Positions 9,841-18,139 of a stretch of DNA of 64,000 bases are shown piece by piece. This DNA is from an uncultured bacterium (GTDB lineage Bacteria; Patescibacteriota; Saccharimonadia; UBA4664; SCTI01). The position numbers were made by a program, and so were the translations under genes. The notes under the pieces are model-generated. The model made no database searches and was not told the origin of the DNA. It saw only the letters and a program-made list of their open reading frames with translations. The stretch spans positions 311,367 to 375,366 of the forward strand of contig CAVRJJ010000005.1 in assembly GCA_963721685.1 (NCBI GenBank). Reading direction: 5' to 3'. Numbering within the stretch: position 1 is the first letter of the stretch; every line of letters begins with the position of its first letter.

Positions 9841-11796
9841 CTACTCTCTGGTAACCCGTAAAATCTCTTCGATGGTGGTAAGGCCACGCAGAGATTTGAG
9901 AAAACCGTCTTGCTGCATGGTGAGCATGCCGGATTGGATGGCCTGCTTTTGAATGTCTTCGCTTGTAGCATGGCTGACAATCATTTGCTGAATTTGCGTA
10001 TTCACTTCCAAAACCTCATAAATACCAAGCCGTCCCAGGTAACCGTTGCCGCCGCACTGGTCGCAGCCGTCACTGGCCTTATAGAGAGTGAACTGTCCGT
10101 TTTTTAGCGCCTTAAGCTCGGGGCCGGAAACAAGCTCGGCCGCCGCCGGTGGCGGCTCTTCGGCTATGGGATCCAGCTCCGCAGCCTTTTGTTTCAATAA
10201 TTTGGCATCTTCGGAACTGCGTTCGATGATATTTGGGTCGGAAGCAATTTTATCCAGTATTGATTTGGATTGTCCGATTGGATGCAGGGGCCGCAGCTCT
10301 TTTTTTGCAGGGGGCTTGACTTCTTCCGTCTTGACAGCGATCGCTTTCTGGATATATTTCACAGCACTGACCGTTTCAAAATCCCGGTTTATATCAGCCA
10401 ACACCTGCCCTTCAGGAACGTAGGCGACACGGCATGACGAGCATAGACGGCGCACCAACCGCTGGCCAATGACCGTATTAACGGTTGAAGCAATCAGGAA
10501 GGGCTCAATTTGCATATCGAGCAAGCGCGGCAGGGTGGTGGCGGCATTGTTAGTGTGAAGGGTTGAAAGTACTACATGCCCGGTCAGTGCCGCCTGTACG
10601 GCTAAGTCGGCGGTTTCTCCGTCCCGTACCTCGCCTACCATAATGACATTTGGGTCCTGCCGCAAAAGCGCGCGTAAGCCGCCTGCAAAGGTCATTCCAG
10701 CTTTTGGGTTGACTTGGGTTTGATTGACTCCGGGCACCCGGTACTCCACCGGGTCTTCAACGGTAGAAATATTGATGCCTGGTGTGTTGAGCATGCTGAG
10801 TACGCTGTAGAGAGTAGTAGATTTTCCTGACCCGGTGGGGCCGGTTACTAAAACCATGCCGTGCGGTTTACGAATGCCGCGCTCAATCCGGCCCAGCGCC
10901 TCACCTTCAAATCCTAGTTCCTCGAGCGTTAAGGCACGTACCCCCTCGTCCAAAATACGCATGACGACTTTTTCCCCATCCATAATTGGTAAGGTAGAAA
11001 CCCGCAGGGCCACCGTTTTGGAACCAACGGCAAATTTGAAGCGCCCATCCTGCGGTATTCGGTGTTCATCAATTTTAAGATTAGCTAAAATTTTAATACG
11101 GGATACCACCGCGGCCATAATATTTTTTGGCAATGTCATGGTTTCCCTTAGGACCCCGTCAATTCGAAACCGGACTTGCACCAAGTTTTCGCGCGGTTCG
11201 AGGTGAATATCGGAGGCCCTGGCTTTAACCGCGTACTCCAAGACAATATTCACCGTCTTGGCGATAGGCGCGTCTTCCGCTAAGTCTTTGGCGCTAACTT
11301 CCTGCTGCTTTTCTACTTCATCAGCGCTGCTGTCTTTTATAGCTTTGGTGATTTCACTCGAAATATTGCCTTTGTATTGGTCGATGGCGCTAAGAATATC
11401 GCTGGCCGAGGCAACATAAATGGTAATATCCTGTCCAATTTGCTTGGCAATAAAATCAGCGGCCTGGAAATCTTCAGGGTCGGCCATTGCCAGCTGTAAG
11501 GTAGTGCCATCTTGCCCAAATAAGACAGCTTGGTACTTGCGGGCAATGCGTTCAGGGATTTTGGTGAGAATGTCGTGAGAAATCGCGACATCACGCAAGT
11601 CAACATAGGGGATGTCGACGCTTTTGGCGTAAAGCTTGAGCAAATTTTGCTCGGTAATAAGCTTGCGTTTGAGCACAGTCTGCAGCAAAGGCTCACCGGT
11701 TTGTTCGTGAGCCTCTTCGGCAGCTTGCAGTATCTCCGGCTTAACCTTCTTACTGGCAAGCAGGAGATTTTTTAACTCGGAATCAGATACACGCAT
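9841..11796 (-). CDS. pilB: type IV pilus assembly ATPase PilB (GspE family)
   Basis: An N-terminal T2SSE_N-like domain, Walker A GPTGSGKSTT, a CxxC..CxxC tetracysteine and a length of 651 aa. Confidence 0.9.
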   Translation of the reverse strand: MRVSDSELKNLLLASKKVKPEILQAAEEAHEQTGEPLLQTVLKRKLITEQNLLKLYAKSVDIPYVDLRDVAISHDILTKIPERIARKYQAVLFGQDGTTLQLAMADPEDFQAADFIAKQIGQDITIYVASASDILSAIDQYKGNISSEITKAIKDSSADEVEKQQEVSAKDLAEDAPIAKTVNIVLEYAVKARASDIHLEPRENLVQVRFRIDGVLRETMTLPKNIMAAVVSRIKILANLKIDEHRIPQDGRFKFAVGSKTVALRVSTLPIMDGEKVVMRILDEGVRALTLEELGFEGEALGRIERGIRKPHGMVLVTGPTGSGKSTTLYSVLSMLNTPGINISTVEDPVEYRVPGVNQTQVNPKAGMTFAGGLRALLRQDPNVIMVGEVRDGETADLAVQAALTGHVVLSTLHTNNAATTLPRLLDMQIEPFLIASTVNTVIGQRLVRRLCSSCRVAYVPEGQVLADINRDFETVSAVKYIQKAIAVKTEEVKPPAKKELRPLHPIGQSKSILDKIASDPNIIERSSEDAKLLKQKAAELDPIAEEPPPAAAELVSGPELKALKNGQFTLYKASDGCDQCGGNGYLGRLGIYEVLEVNTQIQQMIVSHATSEDIQKQAIQSGMLTMQQDGFLKSLRGLTTIEEILRVTRE

Positions 11797-11934
11797 AACA
11801 GGTACATTGTAGCATAAGCGGGATTAAACAGCTGTCAAAGTTTAATCAATAATAAACAGCGCTATAAGAACAATTTAATAGGCTTTTGTCAGACTGGAAG
11901 TATATTACAAACAACCTAAGCGGAGATATACTTA

Positions 11935-13335
11935 ATGCAGAACTTCATCCGTATTGCTTTGGCGCTGGCCTTGTTACCACTAATGGCATCACCTTCCCGG
12001 GCCAGCGCGAATATATTGAAACATCCTTTAATCAGCGAGATTCAGACCGGTACAGCTTTAAGCGCAAGCCAGGAATTTGTTGAGCTTTATAACCCCTCCG
12101 ATTCAGACATCCCTTTATCTGGATGGACTATCGAGTATAAGGCGGCCACCTCGACAAATACTGAGACGAGCTGGAGCAAGAAAGCCGCGCTATCAGGCTC
12201 GATTGCAGCGCAGGGCTTCTATCTTGTAGCTCAAAAAACCTATATTGCCGCGGCAGACGCGGAATGGTCGCCCACCCTGGCATCAAGCGCTGGCCACATT
12301 CGTTTGAAAGATGCTGACGGTATAGTAATTGACCTACTTGGGTATGGTGAAACGAGCAACGGCGCCCGAGGCGCGCCAGCCGCGTCCCCGGCTACCGGCG
12401 CTAGTATTGAACGGCTACCCGGACGGCTTGAGCCGCAATCAGGAAATGGGGTAGATTCAGATAATAACGCTGCTGACTTTATCGTACGGACCGTCCCGGA
12501 GCCACAAGCTACCACCTCTGCCATAGAAGTTCCGGGCGAAGTGCCGGCCGCACCGGAAGCGGATGAGATTGCCGAGGAAGCAGCCGCACCAACGACGTAC
12601 GCCCCTATAAGCATCTCAGAAGCATTAGTTGACCCCCAAACACCGTTAACTGACGCTGAGGATGAATTTATTGAACTTTATAACCCAACCAGTGAGTCAG
12701 TTGACTTGCAGGATTACACGCTCCGAAGCGGCAGTAATTTTAGGGATTACTACAAGATTCCAGGCCTGGTCATTCCAGCCCAAGGCTACACCGTTTTGTA
12801 TGCGCGGGAAACGAAGCTTGGGTTAACAAATGGTGGTGGAGCAGTCCAGCTGGTTGATCCCAGTGGCGAGGTAATCGACCAAACACCCGACTACCCAGCG
12901 GCATTGGCGGGACAATCCTGGGCGGCATTTCCAGAAGGATGGCAATGGACACTTCAGTTAACGCCTGGCCAAGCGAATGTGCTTGCCGCGTTGCCGGTAT
13001 CGGTAGCCACGACCGCTAAACCCAAAGCCACCATCAAAAAAGCAGCTGCAAAGGCTGCGCCCAAAGCTAAAAAAGCAGCTGCACCCAAAGTAGCTAAGCC
13101 TAAAAAACCAAGGAAGGCCAAAATTGTTCCCACATCGTTAGCCGCCTTGCCAATGGCTGCTTCACGGAACCTGCAACCCTCTACCTGGTTGATTATCACA
13201 CTAGCAATCCTTACTATAGGGTATGCTCTCTATGAATTCCGCTACGACATTTATTATCTCTACCGCAAGCTCCGAGGAGACAGTCCAGCTCGGGCGAATG
13301 GCCGGCTTGGCTCTGAAGGGCGGAGACGTGATTGA
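11935..13335 (+). CDS. secreted/membrane-anchored lamin-tail-domain (LTD) protein with Lys/Ala/Pro-rich histone-H1-like tail
   Basis: A signal peptide is followed by two LTD-like repeats (ISEIQTG..EFVELYNPS and ISEALVD..EFIELYNPT). Then come a KKAAAKAAPKAKKAAAPKVAKPKKPRKAK segment and a C-terminal TM helix. Confidence 0.6.
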   Translation: MQNFIRIALALALLPLMASPSRASANILKHPLISEIQTGTALSASQEFVELYNPSDSDIPLSGWTIEYKAATSTNTETSWSKKAALSGSIAAQGFYLVAQKTYIAAADAEWSPTLASSAGHIRLKDADGIVIDLLGYGETSNGARGAPAASPATGASIERLPGRLEPQSGNGVDSDNNAADFIVRTVPEPQATTSAIEVPGEVPAAPEADEIAEEAAAPTTYAPISISEALVDPQTPLTDAEDEFIELYNPTSESVDLQDYTLRSGSNFRDYYKIPGLVIPAQGYTVLYARETKLGLTNGGGAVQLVDPSGEVIDQTPDYPAALAGQSWAAFPEGWQWTLQLTPGQANVLAALPVSVATTAKPKATIKKAAAKAAPKAKKAAAPKVAKPKKPRKAKIVPTSLAALPMAASRNLQPSTWLIITLAILTIGYALYEFRYDIYYLYRKLRGDSPARANGRLGSEGRRRD

Positions 13336-13723
13336 GCTGAAGGGGGATATTGGCAGCGGAAAAACAACTCTTACAACCGGCATAGCCGCGGGATTAGGCT
13401 TTGAGGGTGACGTACCGAGTCCGACATTTACTTTAAGCCGCACCTATCCTTTAAAAGGTAAGTTAAGCCTACACCATTATGACTTCTACCGTCTCAACGG
13501 ACATGACAGCGTAACTGAAGAGTTAGCCGAGACCCTTAAAGACCCCTTTGCTATAACTGTTATTGAATGGCCCGGCCAAGGAAATGCTAATCTTCCGAAT
13601 CCCCGGCTGCGCATAACGATTAACCGCCTAGCAGACGAAAACCTTCGCGAAATTACATTGGAAAGCCTTAGCGGGGGCGGTGCAGAAGTAATGAGAAAGA
13701 TTGCTTATGATTATCGCTCTTAA
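13223..13723 (+). CDS. tsaE: tRNA threonylcarbamoyladenosine biosynthesis protein TsaE
   Basis: The P-loop GDIGSGKTTL is preceded by the TsaE-type N-terminal segment. The exact start is uncertain, and the ORF overlaps the 3' end of the LTD gene in another frame. Confidence 0.75.
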   Translation: MLSMNSATTFIISTASSEETVQLGRMAGLALKGGDVIELKGDIGSGKTTLTTGIAAGLGFEGDVPSPTFTLSRTYPLKGKLSLHHYDFYRLNGHDSVTEELAETLKDPFAITVIEWPGQGNANLPNPRLRITINRLADENLREITLESLSGGGAEVMRKIAYDYRS

Positions 13724-14102
13724 CACCGCTACCAACACTACAACGCTGGCTTTACATGATGTAAAGGGAAAAGCGGCTGCACAGGATGTTTGGGAATCCG
13801 GGCGCCAGCTTTCCAGCCAACTCCTAAACCATATTGAAGTATTATTACATGCCTACCAGGTGACATGGAGTGATCTCAGCGGCATTATTATCTACAGGGG
13901 CCCAGGTTCATTTACCGGGTTGCGTATTGGCGCAACGGTAGCCAATGCCATCGCATATGCCCAAGCCATTCCTATAGTTGGTGAAATTGGCGAAGCCTGG
14001 GTGGATAACGGTTTAAAGCGCTTGGCGGCTGGCGAAAGCGATGGCCAGGTTGTCCCTCATTATGGCGCCCCAGCCAACATTACCAAACCACGGGGCGCTT
14101 GA
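13701..14102 (+). CDS. tsaB: tRNA threonylcarbamoyladenosine biosynthesis protein TsaB (short form)
   Basis: MIIALNTAT..IIYRGPGSFTGLRIGATVANAIAYAQAIPIVG is a TsaB/YeaZ N-terminal domain. The protein is only 133 aa. Confidence 0.75.
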   Translation: MLMIIALNTATNTTTLALHDVKGKAAAQDVWESGRQLSSQLLNHIEVLLHAYQVTWSDLSGIIIYRGPGSFTGLRIGATVANAIAYAQAIPIVGEIGEAWVDNGLKRLAAGESDGQVVPHYGAPANITKPRGA

Positions 14103-14258
14103 CGGGCTTTTGACGGAGAGGTTTAATGTACTTACTGCTTAATAATAGAACGTGCTGATACCTAGCAGACACCCCTGCACGCTGATACCTGATCTCACAA
14201 GTTAGTTTTGTTCAGTGCTGTTTAAAGTGCCTGCATTTTCAGCGCCTGAGGAGGCGTT

Positions 14259-15776
14259 ATGGAAGTTGCTGTACTAGTCGCTACCCTTGTCGCCGGCATT
14301 GCCGGGGGCTACGGGGGAAGTGTCTATAGTGCTAAAAGAAAAACCAACACTGCTGATGCTAAGGCCAGAAGTGTTGTTAAGGAGGCCCAGGCCAAAGCCC
14401 AGGAGCTAACACTAGCTGCAAAAGAGCAAGCTTTAGCTATCGCTGAAGAAGCTAAAACCGAAGAAAAAGAGCGCCGCAAACAGCTGGCGGAGATTGAAAA
14501 CCGGGTGAGCCAGCGCGAAACAACGCTGGACCGCAAATTGGAGGAACTCGATAAGCGCTCCGAATCCTTACGTAAAAGCGAAACCAGCCTGGAAGAGCTG
14601 AAGGATGACTTGCGCAAAATGCGGGCCAAGCAACAAGAAAATCTGGAGAAAATTGCCAAGCTAAGCAAAGATGATGCTCGTGAAAAATTGATGAAAATGA
14701 TGGAAAAAGATACCCGGGCCGATCTTGTGGGATTGGTAGCTAAGCTGCAGCAAGAGGCGGTTGAGTCAGCGGATGAACAGGCTACCATGATTTTAACAAC
14801 CGCCATGGAACGAATGGCATCCGATCAGGCTAGTGAACGGACGGTAACGACCGTGGCACTTCCAAGCGATGAACTTAAGGGGCGGGTTATTGGCAAAGAG
14901 GGCCGGAATATCCAAACGATTGAACGCCTCACCGGGGTAGATGTGTTGGTTGATGACACCCCCGGGGTAATTGTGCTTTCGAGCTTTGATCCGATTCGTC
15001 GCCAGGTAGCTCGTGTTACTTTGGAGAAGTTGTTGGCCGACGGCCGTATTCATCCTGCCCGGATTGAAGAGGTGGTTGCTAAAGCCCAATCTGAAATTGA
15101 TAAAATTGTAAAAGAAGCCGGTGAAGCGGCCGTAAAAGAAGCTGGAGTTGTCGGCTTGCATCCCGAGCTCATTAAATTACTTGGCCAGTTGCGCTTCCGT
15201 ACTTCCTACAGCCAAAACGTGCTTAAGCACTCCATAGAAATGTCAGCCTTGGCGGCCACGATTGCCAAAGAAGTTGGGGCTGACGTTCGGGTGGTTAAGA
15301 CAGCCGCGTTGCTGCATGACCTTGGTAAAGCGGTAACCCATGAAATTGAAGGCCAACACCATCACATCTCCCGGGATATGGCAGCTAAGTACGGCCAGGA
15401 CGAGGCGGTTTGCCACGCGATTGAGGCCCATCACGACGACATTGATGCCACCACCCCAGAAGCCGTGATAGTAAGGATTGTCGATTCCCTTTCCGGCGGC
15501 CGCCCCGGTGCCCGCGGTGACACCATGGAGAACTACGTAAAGCGCATGACTGAGCTTGAAAACCTAGCTAACACTTTCCCCGGTATCCACAAAAGCTACG
15601 CCGTTTCGGCCGGCCGTGAATTACGTGTTCTCGTAGTGCCGGAAGAAATTGATGACTTGTCGGCCATTAAGCTGGCCCGCGACTTAGCCATTAAGATTGA
15701 GGCCACCCTTAAATATCCAGGCGTTATTAAGGTTAATATCATCCGCGAAACCAGGGCGATCGAGTACGCCAAATAG
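14259..15776 (+). CDS. rny: ribonuclease Y
   Basis: An N-terminal TM helix, a coiled-coil, a KH domain (GKEGRNIQTIE) and an HD domain (LLHDLGKA..). The length is 505 aa. Confidence 0.9.
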   Translation: MEVAVLVATLVAGIAGGYGGSVYSAKRKTNTADAKARSVVKEAQAKAQELTLAAKEQALAIAEEAKTEEKERRKQLAEIENRVSQRETTLDRKLEELDKRSESLRKSETSLEELKDDLRKMRAKQQENLEKIAKLSKDDAREKLMKMMEKDTRADLVGLVAKLQQEAVESADEQATMILTTAMERMASDQASERTVTTVALPSDELKGRVIGKEGRNIQTIERLTGVDVLVDDTPGVIVLSSFDPIRRQVARVTLEKLLADGRIHPARIEEVVAKAQSEIDKIVKEAGEAAVKEAGVVGLHPELIKLLGQLRFRTSYSQNVLKHSIEMSALAATIAKEVGADVRVVKTAALLHDLGKAVTHEIEGQHHHISRDMAAKYGQDEAVCHAIEAHHDDIDATTPEAVIVRIVDSLSGGRPGARGDTMENYVKRMTELENLANTFPGIHKSYAVSAGRELRVLVVPEEIDDLSAIKLARDLAIKIEATLKYPGVIKVNIIRETRAIEYAK

Positions 15777-15780
15777 TACT

Positions 15781-16572
15781 ATGAACATCCTTTACATTGG
15801 CGATATTACCGGCAAGCTGGGACGGGAAACCGTTAAAGCTGAACTGGCTACCATTAAGCAGGAATACAAGATTGACTTTACCATTGCCCAAGGCGAAAAC
15901 GTTTCTCATGGCAAGGGTCTTCAAGCGAACCATGCCGAAGAATTAATGGCCGCCGGCGTTGATTTTTTTACCGGGGGCAACCATTCCGTTTCCCGCCCCG
16001 ACTTCCTCAAAACCGCTGTAAACGCGATCCGGCCGGCCAACCTTTCCGCCGATGCACCTGGAAGGGGTTGGGCACTTAGCGCAACACCGTTCGGTAAAGT
16101 TCTCATTATTAGCTTACAGGGTCAGATAGTGGGAATGAACGCGGGTCTGCAATTGGCCAACCCGCTGGAGGCAGTTAATCACATTCTGGATGAACATAAA
16201 AGTACTGCCCGCGTGGCCACCATTGTGAATTTCCATGGCGACTTTTCCAGTGAAAAAGTAGTAATAGGGCAGTATTTAGATGGGAAAGTCACGGCAGTTA
16301 TTGGCGACCATTGGCATGTTCCAACGGCCGACGCCCAAGTCTTGCCCGGTGGCACTGCCCATATTACCGATGTCGGCATGACGGGAGCCCTAGACTCGTC
16401 GCTGGGCGTGAAAACAGAGGTTATTATTCAGCGCTGGCTGCGGCCAGACGTCCGCACGGTGAATGAAATGGAAGATGGGGGACGCCGTCAATTTTGCGCG
16501 GTCGTTATGGAGGTTGGCGCTAACGGTTTAGCCACCTCCATCCAGCCGATGCGACGCGTCTTTTCAGCCTAG
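15781..16572 (+). CDS. ymdB: YmdB-like metallophosphoesterase (TIGR00282 family, 2',3'-cyclic-nucleotide phosphodiesterase-like)
   Basis: The start is reassigned to MNILYIGDITGKLGRE.. immediately after the rny stop. The motifs GDI.G..G and QGEN..HG are present. The rny-ymdB pairing is conserved in Firmicutes. Confidence 0.8.
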   Translation: MNILYIGDITGKLGRETVKAELATIKQEYKIDFTIAQGENVSHGKGLQANHAEELMAAGVDFFTGGNHSVSRPDFLKTAVNAIRPANLSADAPGRGWALSATPFGKVLIISLQGQIVGMNAGLQLANPLEAVNHILDEHKSTARVATIVNFHGDFSSEKVVIGQYLDGKVTAVIGDHWHVPTADAQVLPGGTAHITDVGMTGALDSSLGVKTEVIIQRWLRPDVRTVNEMEDGGRRQFCAVVMEVGANGLATSIQPMRRVFSA

Positions 16573-16695
16573 TTCTACTTGCGCAATTGGCAATTATCAC
16601 TAAAAAATGCCTGATTTATAGTGGTTTTTCAGCTTGGTGAAGGGGAAAACATTTGCTAGACTAATACTCAAGGATAAGTGAGGATTCAAGGTACC

Positions 16696-16968
16696 ATGAC
16701 CAAGCAAAAACTTATTGAAACTCTAGCTCGTGAAACCCAGCTCAGTAAGCGTGAGGTTGAAAACATGCTGGTAAAATTAACAGGCATTGTCGGAAACACG
16801 ATTAAGCGCGGCGAGAAAGTGTCAATAACCGGCTTTGGTACTTTTGACCTTGGTAAGCGCGCGGCCCGCCGTGGCGTTAACCCGCAGACCGGCGCGGAAA
16901 TTCATATTCCGGAAATGCCAATGCCGCGCTTCCGGGCAGGCAAGCGGCTCAAGGAAGTAGTGCGCTAA
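16696..16968 (+). CDS. hup: HU family DNA-binding protein
   Basis: MTKQKLIETLARETQLSKREVENML..GFGTF..R.ARRGVNPQTG is the HU/IHF signature. The protein is about 90 aa. Confidence 0.85.
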   Translation: MTKQKLIETLARETQLSKREVENMLVKLTGIVGNTIKRGEKVSITGFGTFDLGKRAARRGVNPQTGAEIHIPEMPMPRFRAGKRLKEVVR

Positions 16969-17005
16969 GCCGGAATTTAAGCTACAATTACCCAGGTATC
17001 GCCGC

Positions 17006-17082
17006 CGGGGTGTGGCGCAGTTGGCTAGCGCGCCTGCTTTGGGAGCAGGAGGTCGAAGGTTCGAGTCCTTTCACCCCGACCA
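17006..17082 (+). tRNA. tRNA-Pro (anticodon UGG)
   Basis: A manual cloverleaf was folded: acceptor CGGGGTG/CACCCCG, D arm GCGC/GCGC, anticodon stem CCTGC/GCAGG with loop TTTGGGA, T arm GAAGG-TTCGAGT-CCTTT, and an encoded CCA. Confidence 0.8.
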
Positions 17083-17103
17083 TTTGATTTCAGTACGCAT
17101 CAC

Positions 17104-17178
17104 GCGGGTGTCGTATAGTGGCTATTATGTCAGCCTTCCAAGCTGAAAACGCGGGTTCGATTCCCGCCACCCGCTCCA
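17104..17178 (+). tRNA. tRNA-Gly (anticodon UCC)
   Basis: Acceptor GCGGGTG/CACCCGC, anticodon stem TCAGC/GCTGA with loop CTTCCAA, T arm GCGGG-TTCGATT-CCCGC, and an encoded CCA. Confidence 0.8.
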
Positions 17179-17190
17179 GCAATCATCCAA

Positions 17191-17739
17191 TTAAAAGTCG
17201 TAGACAAAGAGAGTTTGGCCCAGCTGCCATTTCTCGCCAATCTTAATCACGCGGATTGGTTTACGGTTAGGTAGGGGAAAGTCACAGGAGACCAGTCGGG
17301 AACCTTTAGACAACTCCGCGTCGAATTTTGGTTCAAGCTCTGCCATTTGGCCATGGCTTAGGTAGGTGAAGACCCAGCGGGCTGAATTAAGAGATGCCTT
17401 ATTAATGTCACCGCGCTTGACGCTAGCCCGCGGCATGCGCTGCAAGCTCCAGCGCGCAATTAGCACAACAACCGGATTGATTTCCACCCCAAAAGCCTTA
17501 ACCTTTGCATTTGCCGCCGCGGCTGCTTTTAGGACCCGTCCGTCGCCGCAGCCGAGATCCATAAATGTTCCTGTACCTTTCAGTTCAAGGGCATCAATAA
17601 CCGCCGGAACTGCCCGGGCGGGGAGGGGAATGTACCCGATGCGCCTGCGGGATGCCTGGTAGGCGGCAAAGGTTAGCAGTATAACCAGGGCAACCGTTAA
17701 AACAAGTAATACAATGATGGCCGCCAGGGTTGATAGCAT
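17191..17739 (-). CDS. membrane-anchored class I SAM-dependent methyltransferase
   Basis: An N-terminal TM helix, then the DLGCGDGRV SAM-binding motif I. The protein is 182 aa and sits between the tRNA genes. Confidence 0.65.
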   Translation of the reverse strand: MLSTLAAIIVLLVLTVALVILLTFAAYQASRRRIGYIPLPARAVPAVIDALELKGTGTFMDLGCGDGRVLKAAAAANAKVKAFGVEINPVVVLIARWSLQRMPRASVKRGDINKASLNSARWVFTYLSHGQMAELEPKFDAELSKGSRLVSCDFPLPNRKPIRVIKIGEKWQLGQTLFVYDF

Positions 17740-17780
17740 GGGATTAGTCTAGCATGCTAAACTTACGGGAGTAATATCAT

Positions 17781-17857
17781 GCCCCTGTAGCTCAGCTGGA
17801 TAGAGCAGAGGACTTCTAAGCCTAAGGTCGTAGGTTCGAATCCTACCAGGGGCACCA
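17781..17857 (+). tRNA. tRNA-Arg (anticodon UCU), with non-canonical anticodon stem
   Basis: Acceptor GCCCCTG/CAGGGGC, D arm GCTC/GAGC, T arm GTAGG-TTCGAAT-CCTAC, an encoded CCA and an anticodon loop CTTCTAA. The anticodon stem GAGGA/GCCTA has only three Watson-Crick pairs. Confidence 0.6.
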
Positions 17858-17980
17858 ATAATACTGTAAAATAAGCTGGTTAGGTCTCTCGGATTATCCC
17901 GGCCTGATTTTAATGAATCACGACGAGCATTAAAGTTAGCTCGGGGGCTGTAACTTCGGTTATGGCCTCCACCATTTTAT

Positions 17981-18058
17981 GGCGAGATTAGCTCAGTTGG
18001 TTAGAGCGCCGGTTTGTGGTACCGGAGGTCGTGGGTTCAAGCCCCATATCTCGCCCCA
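17981..18058 (+). tRNA. tRNA-His (anticodon GUG) with genomically encoded G-1
   Basis: G-1 precedes the acceptor GCGAGAT/ATCTCGC. The anticodon stem is CCGGT/ACCGG with loop TTGTGGT. The T arm is GTGGG-TTCAAGC-CCCAT. Discriminator C73 and CCA are encoded. Confidence 0.75.
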
Positions 18059-18139
18059 AAGTACTTATGCTTACTTATGATCTTATCAAAGAATAAAACA
18101 AAATATGGTACGCTTTAATCAATTACGAAGGGATTATCG

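Noticed and set aside
8619-9980. Listed 453-aa version of the PilC ORF extending about 140 nt into pilB
   Set aside because: The extension has no homology and would overlap the pilB 3' end. The internal Met at 9839 gives the canonical PilC N-terminus MATFTYTARD and abuts the pilB stop.
10088-11759. Several plus- and minus-strand ORFs of 111-140 aa inside pilB
   Set aside because: They are all internal or antisense to the well-supported pilB frame and have Ser/Arg/Cys-rich compositions without motifs.
14324-14806. 160-aa minus-strand Ser-rich ORF
   Set aside because: It lies antisense inside rny and has low-complexity Ser/Ala/Leu composition.
15697-15780. N-terminal extension of the ymdB-like ORF overlapping the rny 3' end
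   Set aside because: The conserved metallophosphoesterase N-terminus begins at MNILYIGDITG (15781), immediately after the rny stop. The upstream extension is an ORF-caller artefact.
16573-16677. Palindromes TTGCGCAA and CAATTG upstream of hup, considered as a regulatory site or terminator
   Set aside because: They are short palindromes likely to arise by chance in an AT-rich spacer, with no hairpin plus T-tract.
17858-17980. Possible additional tRNA in the 123-nt spacer between tRNA-Arg and tRNA-His
   Set aside because: No acceptor/D/T arm combination could be folded.
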